6,833 bases of DNA, from IMG/VR virus record IMGVR_UViG_2802429221_000012, positions 1-6,833 of that record. One strand, given 5' to 3'. The notes below the pieces were generated by a model. That model searched no databases. It was not told the DNA's origin and saw only the letters and a program-made list of their open reading frames with translations. The stretch is from a virus. Its lineage: Duplodnaviria; Heunggongvirae; Uroviricota; Caudoviricetes. The first letter of the stretch is position 1, and the number at the start of each line of letters is the position of its first letter. This document shows, piece after piece, positions 5,786 to 6,833 of the stretch. Position numbers and translations under genes: made by a program.

Positions 5786-5858
5786 TTCCTGTTCCGGGCC
5801 TTTCCTGCACCTTGCGGCGGGAGGCCTTCGCACATCTGTAGTAAAGAGGATTGCCGCA

Positions 5859-6224
5859 ATGATTCTCGCCAACGACTTTCTTGAATACCTGCTCAACACA
5901 GAGCGTGATCTTGCCGTTCGCGTGCGTGAACGTTATGACATGTACCTGAAATCCCTGCCTGTACCGCAGCTCGCTGACGGAAAATTTGTTATTGATGGTC
6001 GCTACATGATTGACAGCCACGAGGGGAATTACAGGCTTTACCGCATTGAAGCCGGCACCCCGTCCGTTATTGGCATTTACCAGCGCCCATCCTCTGCGAT
6101 CGTCGATGTGATTGCCGACAGCATCCGCATCACACATCGCCATGCCGACACAGAAGACACCGTGCTGGAAATTCAGCGGCTGGCTACAGTCTGCCGCGAC
6201 ACCCTGAATGGCATGACGAAGTAA
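5859..6224 (+). CDS. Hypothetical phage early protein, 121 aa, immediately upstream of replication gene A
   Basis: Track ORF 5241..6224 is an open frame with a low-complexity S/T/R-rich 5' region that overlaps the terminator-like hairpins and the 5555 gene. The plausible start is the in-frame ATG at 5859, with AAGAGG at 5844-5849 (9-nt spacing). Translation MILANDFLEYLLNTERDLAVRVRERYDMYLK...; stop TAA 6222-6224. Confidence 0.6.
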   Translation: MILANDFLEYLLNTERDLAVRVRERYDMYLKSLPVPQLADGKFVIDGRYMIDSHEGNYRLYRIEAGTPSVIGIYQRPSSAIVDVIADSIRITHRHADTEDTVLEIQRLATVCRDTLNGMTK

Positions 6225-6230
6225 ATCACT

Positions 6231-6833
6231 ATGACAGCAGAGTACATCAGGGACTGGCAACAACCGCGCCACGCAGTGGGGCGTGAAGGAACGGGGATCC
6301 CCGCTCCTGAATCCGCGCTTTCCTCCTGGCTGGATGCCTACCGGGCAGAGAACGAGCGCCGCCAGGAAATAGCTGATGCGGCGTTCTCCGCCACACCGCT
6401 GGGCAACCTGATTAATAAAAGCCTGGACGCACAGGAAAAACAGGACAAAACCATCACACTGGCAGGAGACGCCAGAAAACAGGCACGCGGCGCGGTGGAT
6501 GAAGCCATGGCCTCGCTGCGCCTGCTGCCGTCCTATCTGCGCGATCCGCTTATTCGCCACCTCTCCTTCCTGCGCAAAAAACAGGAAGCCGATCGCCGGA
6601 AAGGCAAAAAGAGCTGGCAGGCTGAACGCTACGCGTGCGGAACCCTGCGCAAAATATTCGAACGTCTGGACCGCACCGACCACCGCTGGCTGACACCGGG
6701 TTATCGCTCCCTTGCCGGACGCGAACGCCTGGATGATTTGCTTTACCTACCGCAGCTCAACAAACACCAGATACAGACACTGGCCACCATGACGGCGGCG
6801 ATGTTCAGCAGCACCTTCGAAAAACTCTGCGAT
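6231..6833 (+). CDS. A: Replication initiation endonuclease, P2 gpA-like, N-terminal 201 codons (3' end beyond the window)
   Basis: ATG 6231, 6 nt after the previous stop; frame is open to the window end by manual translation (MTAEYIRDWQQPRHAVGREGTGIP...LRLLPSYLRDPLIRHLSFLRKKQ...AAMFSSTFEKLCD). The RLPSYLR and F..EKLCD segments resemble the N-terminal region of P2 gpA as I recall it; position after the early genes matches P2. Absent from the ORF track because it has no stop inside the window. Confidence 0.7.
   Translation, partial: MTAEYIRDWQQPRHAVGREGTGIPAPESALSSWLDAYRAENERRQEIADAAFSATPLGNLINKSLDAQEKQDKTITLAGDARKQARGAVDEAMASLRLLPSYLRDPLIRHLSFLRKKQEADRRKGKKSWQAERYACGTLRKIFERLDRTDHRWLTPGYRSLAGRERLDDLLYLPQLNKHQIQTLATMTAAMFSSTFEKLCD

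Larger units (their letters stand above)
1..6833. mobile_element. P2-family temperate prophage, integrase/immunity/early-replication arm (partial; extends beyond both window edges)
   Basis: Gene order int(-) / C repressor(-) / cox(+) / small early genes / replication gene A(+) matches the P2 early-region layout; the Int, C, Cox and A translations resemble the P2 proteins as I recall them. No database search was run. Confidence 0.8.

Noticed and set aside
5241-5858. 5' portion of track ORF 5241..6224 (+), which would give a 327-aa protein
   Set aside because: This part translates to an S/T/R-rich low-complexity sequence, has no Shine-Dalgarno at 5241, and runs through terminator-like hairpins and across the separately framed 5555-5785 gene. 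The real gene most likely starts at the in-frame ATG 5859, which has a good RBS.
5306-5899. Minus-strand ORFs 5306-5674 and 5693-5899
   Set aside because: They overlap the structured spacer and the plus-strand 76-aa gene, with no start context; not considered coding.
5757-6683. 308-aa ORF on the minus strand
   Set aside because: It is antisense to the 121-aa gene and the replication gene A. The translation is Cys/Gly/Ala-rich and low-complexity with no ribosome-binding context, as expected for a spurious frame opposite a GC-rich coding region.
1-6833. Screen for CRISPR arrays, tRNA/rRNA genes, transposases or insertion-sequence inverted repeats
   Set aside because: No regularly spaced direct repeats with unique spacers, no cloverleaf-compatible tRNA-like segments and no transposase-like ORFs were found by reading both strands. 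The only repeats are the short regulatory or junction repeats listed as features.

Overview
This window is the immunity/early arm of a P2-family temperate prophage, apparently from an enterobacterial host. From left to right it carries a leftward tyrosine integrase (1-1005) and C-type immunity repressor (1102-1422), a divergent Pe/Pc switch region, then a rightward early operon starting with cox (1538-1825) and ending with the 5' part of the replication initiator gene A (6231 to window end). The backbone calls rest on my recollection of P2 Int, C, Cox and gpA sequences plus motifs visible in the translations; no database search was run. Between cox and A sit about 4.4 kb of small genes, which I recall as more than P2 itself carries there. 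The most interesting part is a tightly coupled six-gene chain (3359-5186, five ATGA stop/start overlaps) ending in a 2-TM membrane protein and an SPFH/band-7 lipoprotein, followed by a 368-bp structured non-coding spacer with terminator-like hairpins and a thrice-repeated motif. Two small ORFs missing from the supplied track (a 37-aa hydrophobic peptide at 2718-2831 and a 40-aa ORF at 3822-3944) and a duplicated 43-nt gene junction are also reported. No tRNA, rRNA, CRISPR array or transposase was seen. All functional assignments for the cargo genes are inferences from sequence features.
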